A DNA stretch of 64,000 nucleotides, taken from the NCBI GenBank assembly GCA_016712635.1, contig JADJQS010000008.1, positions 139,268-203,267 of the forward strand, written 5' to 3'. Below the pieces are notes generated by a model. The model did no database searches and was not told the DNA's origin. It saw only the letters and a list, made by a program, of their open reading frames with translations. Source of the DNA: Gammaproteobacteria bacterium (GTDB lineage: Bacteria; Pseudomonadota; Gammaproteobacteria; SZUA-140). Shown here in pieces: positions 41,723-53,043 of the stretch (positions within the stretch are counted from its first letter, which is position 1; each line of letters starts with the position of its first letter). The translations under genes and the position numbers were made by a program.

Positions 41723-41734
41723 GGCATCCCCGCC

Positions 41735-44245
41735 ATGACCCCCCTCCCCATCGACGAAGTCCTTCCCGATCTCCGCGCGGCGCTGGCGCATCACCGCGCG
41801 GTGGTGCTGCAGGCGCCGCCGGGTGCGGGCAAGACCACCGGCGTGCCGCCGGCGCTGCTCGACGAGCCCTGGCTCGCGGGCGGGACCATCCTGATGCTGG
41901 AGCCGCGCCGGCTCGCGGCGCGCGCGGCGGCGGCGCGCATGGCAAAGCTGCGCGGCGAGGACATCGGCGGCACGGTCGGCTACCACATCCGCTTCGAGAG
42001 CCGGACGTCCAGGCGCACGCGCATCAAGGTGGTGACCGAAGGCATCCTCACCCGCCACCTGCAGACCGACCCCGGACTGAAGGACGTCGGGCTCGTAATC
42101 TTCGACGAATTCCATGAGCGCCACCTGCACGCGGACCTCGCGCTCGCGCTGTGCCTCGACGCCCAGCGCGGCCTGCGCGAGGACCTGAAGATCCTCGTCA
42201 TGTCGGCGACGCTGGATGGCGAGGCGGTGTCGCGCCTGCTCGGCGGTGCGCCCATGGTCACCAGCCGCGGGCGCAGTTTCCCGGTGGACCTGCGCTATCT
42301 GCCGCGCGATCCGGCCGGACCGCTGCCGTCCGTCGTGGCCGATGCGATCGCGGGCGCGCTGGCGCGCGACGAGGGTGATGTGCTCGCCTTCCTGCCCGGT
42401 GCGTGGGAGATCCGCCGCGCGCAGGGACTGCTGGAGCAGCGGCTGAACGGGACCGCGGAGGTGTTTCCGCTCTACGGTGACCTGCCATGGGAGGCGCAGG
42501 ACCGCGCCATCCAGCCGGCCGTCGGGCGGCGGCGCGTGGTGCTGGCGACGCCGATCGCCGAGACCAGCCTGACCATCGAGGGCATCCGCATCGTGGTGGA
42601 TTCCGGCTTCGCGCGCGCGCCGCAATACGATCCCGCGACGGGACTGTCGCGCCTGACCACGCATCGCATCTCGCGCGCCTCGGCTGACCAGCGCACCGGG
42701 CGCGCCGGCCGCCTGGCGCCGGGCGTGTGCTACCGCCTGTGGGGCGAGGCGACGCAGCGCGGCCTGCTGGCGCACTCGCTGCCGGAGATCCGCACTGCCG
42801 ACCTCGCGCCGCTCGCGCTGGAGCTTGCGGCCTGGGGCGTGCGCGACGCGAACGCGCTCGACTGGCTCGACCCGCCGCCCGCCGCCGCGTTCGATCAGGC
42901 GCGCACGCTGCTGACGGAACTCGACGCGCTGGACGGCGCCGGCCTGATCACCGGGGCGGGCCGCGCGATGGTGCGCCTGCCGCTGCATCCGCGCCTCGCG
43001 CACATGCTGTTCGCGGCCGAGCGGCTCGGCCTCGGCGCGCTGGCCTGCGCGGTCGCGGCGCTGCTCTCCGAACGCGACATCTTCACCGGCGAGGCACGGC
43101 GTGCGGCCGACTTTGCGCAGCGCCTCGATGCCTTGCGTGCATTCCAGCGCGGCGGGCGCCAGGCCGCGCTCGCGAGCGGGGCGGACGCCGGCGGCTGCGC
43201 GCGCGTCACGCAGGCCGCGCAGCAGTACCGGCGCCTGCTGTCCGCCGCCCAGGATGAGAACGCCGATGCCGCCCGGGCGGGCCTGCTGCTCGCGCTTGCC
43301 TACCCCGACCGCGTCGGCCTGCAGCGGGCGCCGGGCGACAACCGCTACCTGCTGGCCTCCGGCCGCGGTGCGCGCCTGCACGAGTCCGAGATGCGGCTGC
43401 GCCAGCCGTGCCTCGTCGCGGCGAGCCTCGACGCGGGCGAGATCGAAGGACTGATCCATCTGGCCGCGCCGCTCGATGTCGGCGTGCTGCGGGAGCACTT
43501 CGGCGCGCACATCCGCAGGGAAGACGTCGTGCGCTGGGACGCCCAGCAGCAGGCCGTGATCGCGCGCCGCGAGGAACGCTTCGGCGCGCTCGTGCTCGAG
43601 GCGCGGCCGCTGCAGCGGGAGGCGGACGCGGAACAGGTGCGCGCGGCGATGCTGGACGGCATCCGTCGCCTCGGCCTCGACGCGCTGCCCTGGACGCGCG
43701 AGGCGCGCGAGTGGCAGGCGCGCGTGCTGTCGCTGCGCGCATGGCTGCCGGACGAGGCGTGGCCGGACCTGTCCGATGCGGCGCTGCTCGCGACGCTCGG
43801 GGAGTGGCTCGGTCCGTACCTGGACGGCGTCACGCGCCGCGAGCATCTGGCGCGGCTCGACCTGTCGTCCATCCTGAAGGCCCGGCTCGACTGGGACGCC
43901 GCCCGGCGTCTCGAGGAGGGCGCGCCCACGCATATCGCGGTGCCGAGCGGTTCGCGCCTGCGTCTCGAGTACGCCGCCGGCGAACCGCCGGTGCTGCGCG
44001 TCAAGCTGCAGGAGATGTTCGGCTGCGCCGACACGCCGCGCGTCGCCTTCGGCCGCGTGCCGGTCACCCTGCACCTGCTCTCGCCCGCGCAGCGCCCGAT
44101 CCAGGTCACGCAGGACCTGCGCGGCTTCTGGGAGCGCACCTACGCGGAGGTGAGGAAGGAGCTGAAGGGCCGCTACCCCAAGCACCCCTGGCCCGACGAT
44201 CCCTGGAGCGCCACGCCCACCGCGCGCGCCAGGCCCCGCAAGTGA
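41735..44245 (+). CDS. hrpB: ATP-dependent RNA helicase HrpB (DEAH-box)
   Basis: 836 aa. LQAPPGAGKTT, DEFHER and HrpB-C domain order. The N-terminus MTPLPIDEVLPDLRAAL is HrpB-like. Confidence 0.9.
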   Translation: MTPLPIDEVLPDLRAALAHHRAVVLQAPPGAGKTTGVPPALLDEPWLAGGTILMLEPRRLAARAAAARMAKLRGEDIGGTVGYHIRFESRTSRRTRIKVVTEGILTRHLQTDPGLKDVGLVIFDEFHERHLHADLALALCLDAQRGLREDLKILVMSATLDGEAVSRLLGGAPMVTSRGRSFPVDLRYLPRDPAGPLPSVVADAIAGALARDEGDVLAFLPGAWEIRRAQGLLEQRLNGTAEVFPLYGDLPWEAQDRAIQPAVGRRRVVLATPIAETSLTIEGIRIVVDSGFARAPQYDPATGLSRLTTHRISRASADQRTGRAGRLAPGVCYRLWGEATQRGLLAHSLPEIRTADLAPLALELAAWGVRDANALDWLDPPPAAAFDQARTLLTELDALDGAGLITGAGRAMVRLPLHPRLAHMLFAAERLGLGALACAVAALLSERDIFTGEARRAADFAQRLDALRAFQRGGRQAALASGADAGGCARVTQAAQQYRRLLSAAQDENADAARAGLLLALAYPDRVGLQRAPGDNRYLLASGRGARLHESEMRLRQPCLVAASLDAGEIEGLIHLAAPLDVGVLREHFGAHIRREDVVRWDAQQQAVIARREERFGALVLEARPLQREADAEQVRAAMLDGIRRLGLDALPWTREAREWQARVLSLRAWLPDEAWPDLSDAALLATLGEWLGPYLDGVTRREHLARLDLSSILKARLDWDAARRLEEGAPTHIAVPSGSRLRLEYAAGEPPVLRVKLQEMFGCADTPRVAFGRVPVTLHLLSPAQRPIQVTQDLRGFWERTYAEVRKELKGRYPKHPWPDDPWSATPTARARPRK

Positions 44246-44458
44246 CCGGGCAGGAACGCGGGGATGGATCGTTTGCCGATGACTGCTCATGGTTCGATGG
44301 GTCTGACAGCGGTGATCCCGGCAAGATTTACACGGCATGAGCACGCGCTATACAATTTTGCATCGCTGTACCATCCACACAGATGCCGCGAATGATCGCG
44401 GTAAATCCCATCCGCCTGCCCGGTTACGCACCCTTGCGGGCAAGGATCCAGGATCTTC

Positions 44459-46249
44459 ATGCATCAGAAGCATCTGCAGATAGCCGCGCAGTTCCATCAG
44501 GCGGGCGAGCTCGAAAAGGCCGAGGCACTCTATCTCCAGATACTGCAGCAGTCGCCGCGCGACCCGGATGTCATGCAACTGCTCAGCCTGGTGGCGAGCC
44601 AGACCGGGCGGCACGGGCTCGCGGCTGAATATATAGAGCAGGCGATTGCAATAACGGGCGGAACCCCGGCGTCCTGCTTTCATCTCGCACAATCCTTCGA
44701 GGCGCTGGGTCGGCTCGATGATGCCGTGTCGGCGTACCGCCGGTCCCTCGCGCTGAAGCCGGACTTCATCGAAGCCTTGTCCAGGCTCGCCTGGCTGCAG
44801 GGAAGCCGGTCGGAAGACAGTCGTGAACTCCTTGGGCGCGGCCTGGCCGCGCATCAGGCCGGGCAGCGCGTGCAGGCGCTCCGGTATATCGGACAGGCCA
44901 TCGAGACGGCGGGCGGGGCTCCCGCATCCCGCTATCACCTCGCCCGTGCCCTGGAATCGCTGGATCAGGTCGAGGAGGCCCTGTCATCGTATCGCATGGC
45001 TCTCGCGTCAGACCCGGGCCTTGCAGAGGCATTGTTCAGGCTCGCACTGCTGCTGGGGAAACAGGCGCGGGAAGGCCGCGAACTGCTCGAGTGCTACACG
45101 AATCTTGCACGACACTTCCTGGCGCAGGGAAAGCTGGCGGCGGCCGAGGTTTTTTGCCGGGAGGTGCTCGACAGGGACGGGAGCAATGCGGGCGCAACGG
45201 CGACCCTGGAGGCGATCTTCAGTAAGCTCGGCTTGTACGATGACGGGCATGGATCGAAGCCGGATCCCCGGGCAGGCGACGCGGCCGGCCCCCGCTACCT
45301 GCTGGTAAAAAGCTGGGGCAGCGGATTCTGGAGTGACGTCAGCTCCGTGCTTGGCGCATTGCTGCTCGCCGAGGTCACCGGACGGACTCCGGTTGTCCAC
45401 TGGGGAAGCAACAGCCTGTTCAGGGACGACAGCGGCCGGGATGCCTTCGGGTTGTACTTCAGCCCCGTTTCCCGCTGCACCCTCGACGATCTGGTGCAAC
45501 TCGGCGGCGCGGATGTCTTTCCGCCGAAATGGAACCAGGCGAACCTGTCCCGGGAAGACCTGTCCCGGTGGGTGGGCGCGTACTCCCGCCTGTCGCCCAT
45601 GTACTACGTGAATCGGAAGGAGACGATCGTCGTCTGCGATTTCTACGTCAACGTCGCAGACGTGGTGCCATGGATACCCGTCCGGCATCCGATGCACGGC
45701 CGCAGCGTCCCCGACGTGTTTCGCTGGCTGATACAGAAGTATGTGGTCCCGCGCCAGCACATCGTCGAGCAGGCGGATGCGTTCTGTCGCGCGCACCTGG
45801 CCGGGCGCCCCTTTGTCGCGATACATCTGCGCGGCTCGGACAAGATCCGGGAGTTCGGGGAGCTGGAGGCCATCAATGAGTCACTGATCCGGCAACTTGA
45901 CGCGATCGACCCCGGCTGGCCGATCTTCGTGTTGACGGATGACGAGCACTGGTTGCGGGCCCTGAGGGAGCGATTCGGTGAGCGGGTGGTGGCGACATCC
46001 TGCACGCGCTCCGGCACGACGCAGGGCGTGCACTTCGCCGCCGAGGGAAATGATCGGGTGAGGGTCGGAACGGAGGTCATGGTCGACTCCCTTATCGCTC
46101 TGCGCGCCACGCGGTTCATCGGCGCCGGGGCGTCCAATGTGTCGGGGTTTATCTCCCTGATGAAGGACTGGGCCGCAGCCGACTGCATGATGTCGAGCCT
46201 TCCCGTGATATTGCAGCGCAATCTGTACATCTATTCCTATTTTGAATGA
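44459..46249 (+). CDS. TPR-repeat protein fused to a C-terminal putative glycosyltransferase-like domain (GT23/O-FucT-like HxRGSD motif)
   Basis: N-terminal ~250 aa are TPR repeats (AEALYLQILQQSPRDPDVMQLL...). The C-terminal ~330 aa contain VAIHLRGSDK, reminiscent of the fucosyltransferase-superfamily HxRxGD. The domain call is tentative. Confidence 0.55.
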   Translation: MHQKHLQIAAQFHQAGELEKAEALYLQILQQSPRDPDVMQLLSLVASQTGRHGLAAEYIEQAIAITGGTPASCFHLAQSFEALGRLDDAVSAYRRSLALKPDFIEALSRLAWLQGSRSEDSRELLGRGLAAHQAGQRVQALRYIGQAIETAGGAPASRYHLARALESLDQVEEALSSYRMALASDPGLAEALFRLALLLGKQAREGRELLECYTNLARHFLAQGKLAAAEVFCREVLDRDGSNAGATATLEAIFSKLGLYDDGHGSKPDPRAGDAAGPRYLLVKSWGSGFWSDVSSVLGALLLAEVTGRTPVVHWGSNSLFRDDSGRDAFGLYFSPVSRCTLDDLVQLGGADVFPPKWNQANLSREDLSRWVGAYSRLSPMYYVNRKETIVVCDFYVNVADVVPWIPVRHPMHGRSVPDVFRWLIQKYVVPRQHIVEQADAFCRAHLAGRPFVAIHLRGSDKIREFGELEAINESLIRQLDAIDPGWPIFVLTDDEHWLRALRERFGERVVATSCTRSGTTQGVHFAAEGNDRVRVGTEVMVDSLIALRATRFIGAGASNVSGFISLMKDWAAADCMMSSLPVILQRNLYIYSYFE

Positions 46250-46439
46250 CCCGCCCGGCGCTTCGGGCTGCGACATGGCCTGCCGCCGGCCGTGTGTAAA
46301 CCGCGCATCCCGTGTATACCCTTCTCCCGCGCCCGAAAATAAATCTGTCCCGGGTTTTGTAGTACAGTTTAGGGGCGTCCCGGCGTGGCAGGGGCGCGGA
46401 AGGGATGCTTTGATCACAACCGGTTCAGGGGGCGGCATC

Positions 46440-47634
46440 ATGTACGGACGTTCGCGCGCGGCGGGTATCGCGCTTTGCATGGCGGCCATCGGCGCGCTCG
46501 CGGGTTGCGCGAGCGGTCATCCTGCGTTCCACGGGGCGCATTCGATGGCCGGCCACGCGGCGAAGCCGGCGGATTCCGGCCAGCCCGCCGCGGAGGTCCC
46601 GGTCCTGGACCTCAGTCACCTGTCCGCGCTGCAGGACATCCTCCCAGCGCTCGCGGACAGGCGCGTGGTCTATGTCGGCGAGACCCACGACCGCTACGCG
46701 CATCACCTGACCCAGCTCGAGATCATCAAGGCCATGCACGCGTCGAATCCTCGCCTCGCGATCGGCATGGAGATGTTCCAGCAGCCGTTCCAGGGTTACC
46801 TGAACGATTACATCGCCGGCGTGCTGAGCGAGAGCGAGATGCTGGTCGCGACGGAATACTTCCGGCGCTGGCGCTACGACTACCGCCTCTACGCCCCGAT
46901 CCTGCGCTACGCGCGCGACAACGGGCTGCCGGTGGTGGCCCTGAACGTGGCGGGCGACCTGGTCGAGAAGGTGCGCGCGCAGGGCATCGACGGGCTGGAC
47001 GCGGCGGATCGCGCCCGCCTGCCGGCGGACATCGAGCGCGGGAACGCGGAGTACGAGGCGCGCCTGCGGGCCATCTATGAACTGCATCCGCACACCGAGG
47101 GGCGCGGCTTCGAGCGCTTCCTCGACGGCCAGCTGGTGTGGGACGAAGGGATGGCCGAGCGGGCGGCGCGCTATCTGGAGGAGCATCCCGGTCACGCGAT
47201 GGTGGTGCTGGCAGGCAGCGGCCACCTCGCCTACGGCGACGGCATCCCGCGGCGCCTCGAGCGCCGCGTGCCGGTGCAGGGTGCAATCGTATTGAACGGC
47301 TGGGAGGGAGAGATCGCGCCCGGGGTGGCGGATTACCTGCTCATGCCGGCGGAGCGGACCCCTGCCCGCCGCGGGCCGCATCGGCGCGCTGCTCGCCCCG
47401 GACGGCGACGGCCTGAAGGTGGACTCCTGCACCGCGGACAGCGCCTGCGCCGCGGCCGGCATCGAACGTGGCGACCGCCTGCTCACGATCGACGAGGTGC
47501 CGGTTGCGGATCTCGCCGACGTGAACGCCGTGATGTGGGACCGCAAGCCGGACGAGACGGTCACGCTGTCGCTGCGGCGCGAACGCTGGTTCGCCCCGGC
47601 GGAGGAGAGGACGGTCGAGTTGAAATTGCGTTGA
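46440..47634 (+). CDS. ChaN-family (Tiki/TraB-like) lipoprotein with C-terminal PDZ domain; apparent +1 frameshift in a C4 run (47359-47362)
   Basis: Lipobox ALAGCAS. The ChaN-like body runs in frame 0 to ...ADYLLMPAER. The PDZ domain (DGDGLKVDSCTADSACAAAGIERGDRLLTIDEVPV...) continues in frame +1. Removing one C gives a seamless protein. Confidence 0.6.
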
Positions 47635-47674
47635 GCGCGGCCCGCCTGCAGGCGCGGGACGGGGCCTTGCGCGC

Positions 47675-47964
47675 TCAGGGCTTGGGGAGCAGGAACTCCA
47701 CGCCGATCCGGTAGTGCTCGTTGGCCTTGCGCACCCAGCGTACCTTGGCGTCGCGCGGCTCCGCCCAGTCGTCGTATCCTTCCAGGCGCAGCGTCTGGTT
47801 CAGGCTGAGCGGTTCCTCCAGCGACAGGCCGGCGCCGTTTCCGCTGACGTCGAGCAGGGTGCCCTTCTTGCCGCCGCCCGCCGCGTTCGCGGTGGTGTAG
47901 GTGATGTCCATGTTGATGCTGATGCGGAGATTCTTCCGCAGCTCGATGTGTTCGATCTGCACGG
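47675..47964 (-). CDS. PilZ-domain protein (c-di-GMP receptor)
   Basis: RxxxR (LRKNLR) and DxSxxG (DVSGNGAG) motifs. GTG start with a GGGGGAAG SD was chosen. The ORF-track extension to 48016 would run into a REP palindrome. Confidence 0.6.
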
Positions 47965-47999
47965 CACTTCCCCCCTGGCGGACTATATAGATCTGACTT

Positions 48000-48024
48000 G
48001 GGGCAGATTTATACATCTGTCCCC
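48000..48024. repeat. REP-like palindrome GGGGCAGATTTATACATCTGTCCCC (degenerate)
   Basis: Read from the sequence. It lies upstream of the pilZ-domain gene. Confidence 0.75.
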
Positions 48025-48146
48025 TTATTATGGGTTCAGCATAGCATCATCGGGGGGCGGGGGAGAAGCCGGGAGAGGCGGGGTGTAAGGCGTGAGGGGT
48101 GAGGAGGGAAGGTTAAAAGCCTTGTTTCCGCGGTAAGTCATTAGCC

Positions 48147-48172
48147 GGGGACAGATTTACAAATCTGTCCCC
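48147..48172. repeat. REP-like palindrome GGGGACAGATTTACAAATCTGTCCCC
   Basis: Perfect 26-bp palindrome 29 bp downstream of the acnA stop. Confidence 0.85.
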
Positions 48173-48200
48173 TTTGTGTCGTGTCTTGTCGCCTCGCCCC

Positions 48201-50999
<2,799 letters not shown>

Positions 51000-51204
51000 G
51001 ATGTGCGTGTAATTTGGCGTGTCCCTGATTATTGTTTTGATGTCATTCCCGCGTCAGCGGTAATCCGGCATGTGCTGAATCAGCACCACTGGATTCCGGG
51101 TCTCCGCTGCACTGCGCCCGGAATGACGGATTGATCCGGCCGCCTCGGATGCGCGGGCCGCGCGGGCGCAGCAGAGGGCGATTATAACCGATGGCGGCGG
51201 ATTT

Positions 51205-52047
51205 TCAGCGATTTTCACCCGCGCTGATGCGCAGCAGCACGCGGTCGAGCAGGCGCTGGGGCAGCAGGCGGCGCGCCCAGGCGAACAGCCGGGTCGGCAC
51301 GGTGACGTGGTAGCGCGCGCGCGGGCGCGGGCTCTCCAGCGCGGCGATCAGCCGGTCCAGCACCGCCTCCGGCGGCAGCGTGAAGGGCGCGGCGGGCCCG
51401 GGTTTGGAGAGGCGCCGCTCCATGCCCTCGTAGCGCGCGCGGTGGACGCTGCGCGCGGGGTCGATGTGGCGGTAAAACGCCGCGCGCGCGTTGGCGCGGA
51501 AGCGGCTCGCGATCGGCCCCGGCTCGATCAGCACCACGTGGATGCCGCTCCCCGCCAGTTCGAGGCGCAGCGTGTCGGTCAGGCCTTCGAGCGCGAACTT
51601 GCTGGCGTTGTAGGCGCCGCGGTAGGGCAGGGCGACCAGGCCGAGCAGCGAGCTGTTGTTGACGATGCGGCCGTGGCCCTGCGCGCGCATCACCGGGATG
51701 ACGCGGTTGATGAGCTCCAGCGTGCCGAACAGGTTGGTCTCGAACTGCGCGCGGATCGCCGCGCGGCTGAGGTCCTCGACCGCGCCCGGCTGGCCGTAGG
51801 CGGCATTGTTGAACAGCGCGTCGAGCGTGCCTCCGGTGGCGGTGAGCACCGCGTCCACCGCGGCATGGATCGAGGCCGGATCGTCGAGGTCCAGCCGCAG
51901 GCTCTCGAATCCTTCGTCCGCCAGCCGTGCCACATCCTCAGGCTTGCGCGCCGTCGCGAACACGCGGTAACCGCGCGCCTTCAGCCCGCGCGCCGCACAC
52001 TCGCCGATGCCGGAGGAGCAGCCGGTGATGAGGATGGATTGGGGCAT
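51205..52047 (-). CDS. SDR-family short-chain dehydrogenase/reductase
   Basis: ILITGCSSGIGECAA (TGxxxGIG), NNAA, and the YNASK catalytic motif. Confidence 0.85.
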   Translation of the reverse strand: MPQSILITGCSSGIGECAARGLKARGYRVFATARKPEDVARLADEGFESLRLDLDDPASIHAAVDAVLTATGGTLDALFNNAAYGQPGAVEDLSRAAIRAQFETNLFGTLELINRVIPVMRAQGHGRIVNNSSLLGLVALPYRGAYNASKFALEGLTDTLRLELAGSGIHVVLIEPGPIASRFRANARAAFYRHIDPARSVHRARYEGMERRLSKPGPAAPFTLPPEAVLDRLIAALESPRPRARYHVTVPTRLFAWARRLLPQRLLDRVLLRISAGENR

Positions 52048-52059
52048 GCGATGCTTCAT

Positions 52060-52173
52060 GTCAGAGGTGAGGCGTCAGGCGTGAGGTGTGTGGCGGGAAA
52101 CACAACGCTTGCAACGATGTTGATGATAGATATTACTTTCCTCACTCCTCACTCCTCACTCCTCAATCCTCAC
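52060..52173. repeat. inverted tandem-heptamer arrays: GTGAGGN x5 (52060-52094) and TCCTCAC x5 (52139-52173), 44-bp spacer
   Basis: Read directly. The arms are reverse complements. They lie between the DUF1614-like gene stop and the SDR gene start. Confidence 0.8.
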
Positions 52174-52844
52174 GCCAGGAGAACCGCCACGATCCCCGTC
52201 AGGAAAATCCCGTCGAACGTGCCCGCGCCGCCGATGGAGGCGACCGGCACGCCCATGCGGCGGATGTTGCCGAGGCGCAGCAGGTCGGCACCGATGAGCA
52301 CGCCCAGCGTGCCGCAGATGTAGGCCAGCGGCGCGCTCTGCTCGCTGTTGATCAGCAGCGCGACGATCGCGGCCGTGAGCGGGGCGATGAAGATCGGCAT
52401 GCCGATTCCGATGCCGGCGACCGGGCGGCTGAAGGCGTGGCACACCGCGGTGACCAGCGCGGTCGCGATCAGCACCTGATGCACCGGCAGGGGATGGTGG
52501 TTCATCAGGTAGAACGAGAACATCACCGGGATCAGGCCGCCGCCGACGTTGATCGCGATCATGGTGCGGCCCTTGAATTCCTTCATCGCCCGCTGCAGCA
52601 GGCCGCGCAGCCGCTCCGGCACCTGCTCCAGCGAGGCGGCCTCGGCGCGCACGCTGAACAGCGGCAGGTTGATCGCGCTGCCGAACAGCGAGCTGAACAG
52701 CAGCAGGATCGCGGAGTGCTGCGACAGGCCGAGCTTCTCGAACGCGATGGTGAGCGCGCCAACCTGCACGAAGGCGACCAGGAAGGCGATCAGCAGGATG
52801 AAGCCGAACAGATAGGGCGGCGAGAACGGGGATTTCATGCCCAT
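52170..52844 (-). CDS. polytopic membrane protein, DUF1614-like (tentative)
   Basis: 224 aa, about 6 TM. Family assignment is from memory of DUF1614-type sequences and is low confidence. It is flanked on both sides by heptamer inverted-repeat arrays. Confidence 0.5.
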   Translation of the reverse strand: MGMKSPFSPPYLFGFILLIAFLVAFVQVGALTIAFEKLGLSQHSAILLLFSSLFGSAINLPLFSVRAEAASLEQVPERLRGLLQRAMKEFKGRTMIAINVGGGLIPVMFSFYLMNHHPLPVHQVLIATALVTAVCHAFSRPVAGIGIGMPIFIAPLTAAIVALLINSEQSAPLAYICGTLGVLIGADLLRLGNIRRMGVPVASIGGAGTFDGIFLTGIVAVLLA

Positions 52845-52853
52845 GGCGGTGGA

Positions 52854-53043
52854 AAGGATAGGACTAAGGACTTAGGACTGAGGACTGAGTAAAAACCCAA
52901 AATACAAATTCTATGGGTGGGCATGGGTATTTACCCACGTGAACCGCGACGTTTATTTTCGCGTGGGCGCGAACTTCGCGCTCACCCCGCGATTCACAGG
53001 TTTTGATTTTCACTCAGTCCTCAGTCCTTAGTCCTAAGTCCTG
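52854..53043. repeat. inverted tandem-heptamer arrays: AGGACTN x4-5 (52854-52891) and NAGTCCT x4 (53013-53043), ~120-bp spacer
   Basis: Read directly. The arrays are reverse complements of each other. The distal array supplies the last ~8 codons of the upstream ABC transporter ORF. Confidence 0.8.

Noticed and set aside
41387-44344. 985-aa minus-strand ORF antisense to hrpB
   Set aside because: It overlaps a clear DEAH helicase gene on the plus strand and has low-complexity RA-rich content.
52086-52892. 268-aa plus-strand ORF across the DUF1614-like gene
   Set aside because: It is antisense to the membrane-protein frame. Its ends are generated by the heptamer repeat arrays (…LGLRTE) and its composition is Arg/Asp/Gln-rich noise.
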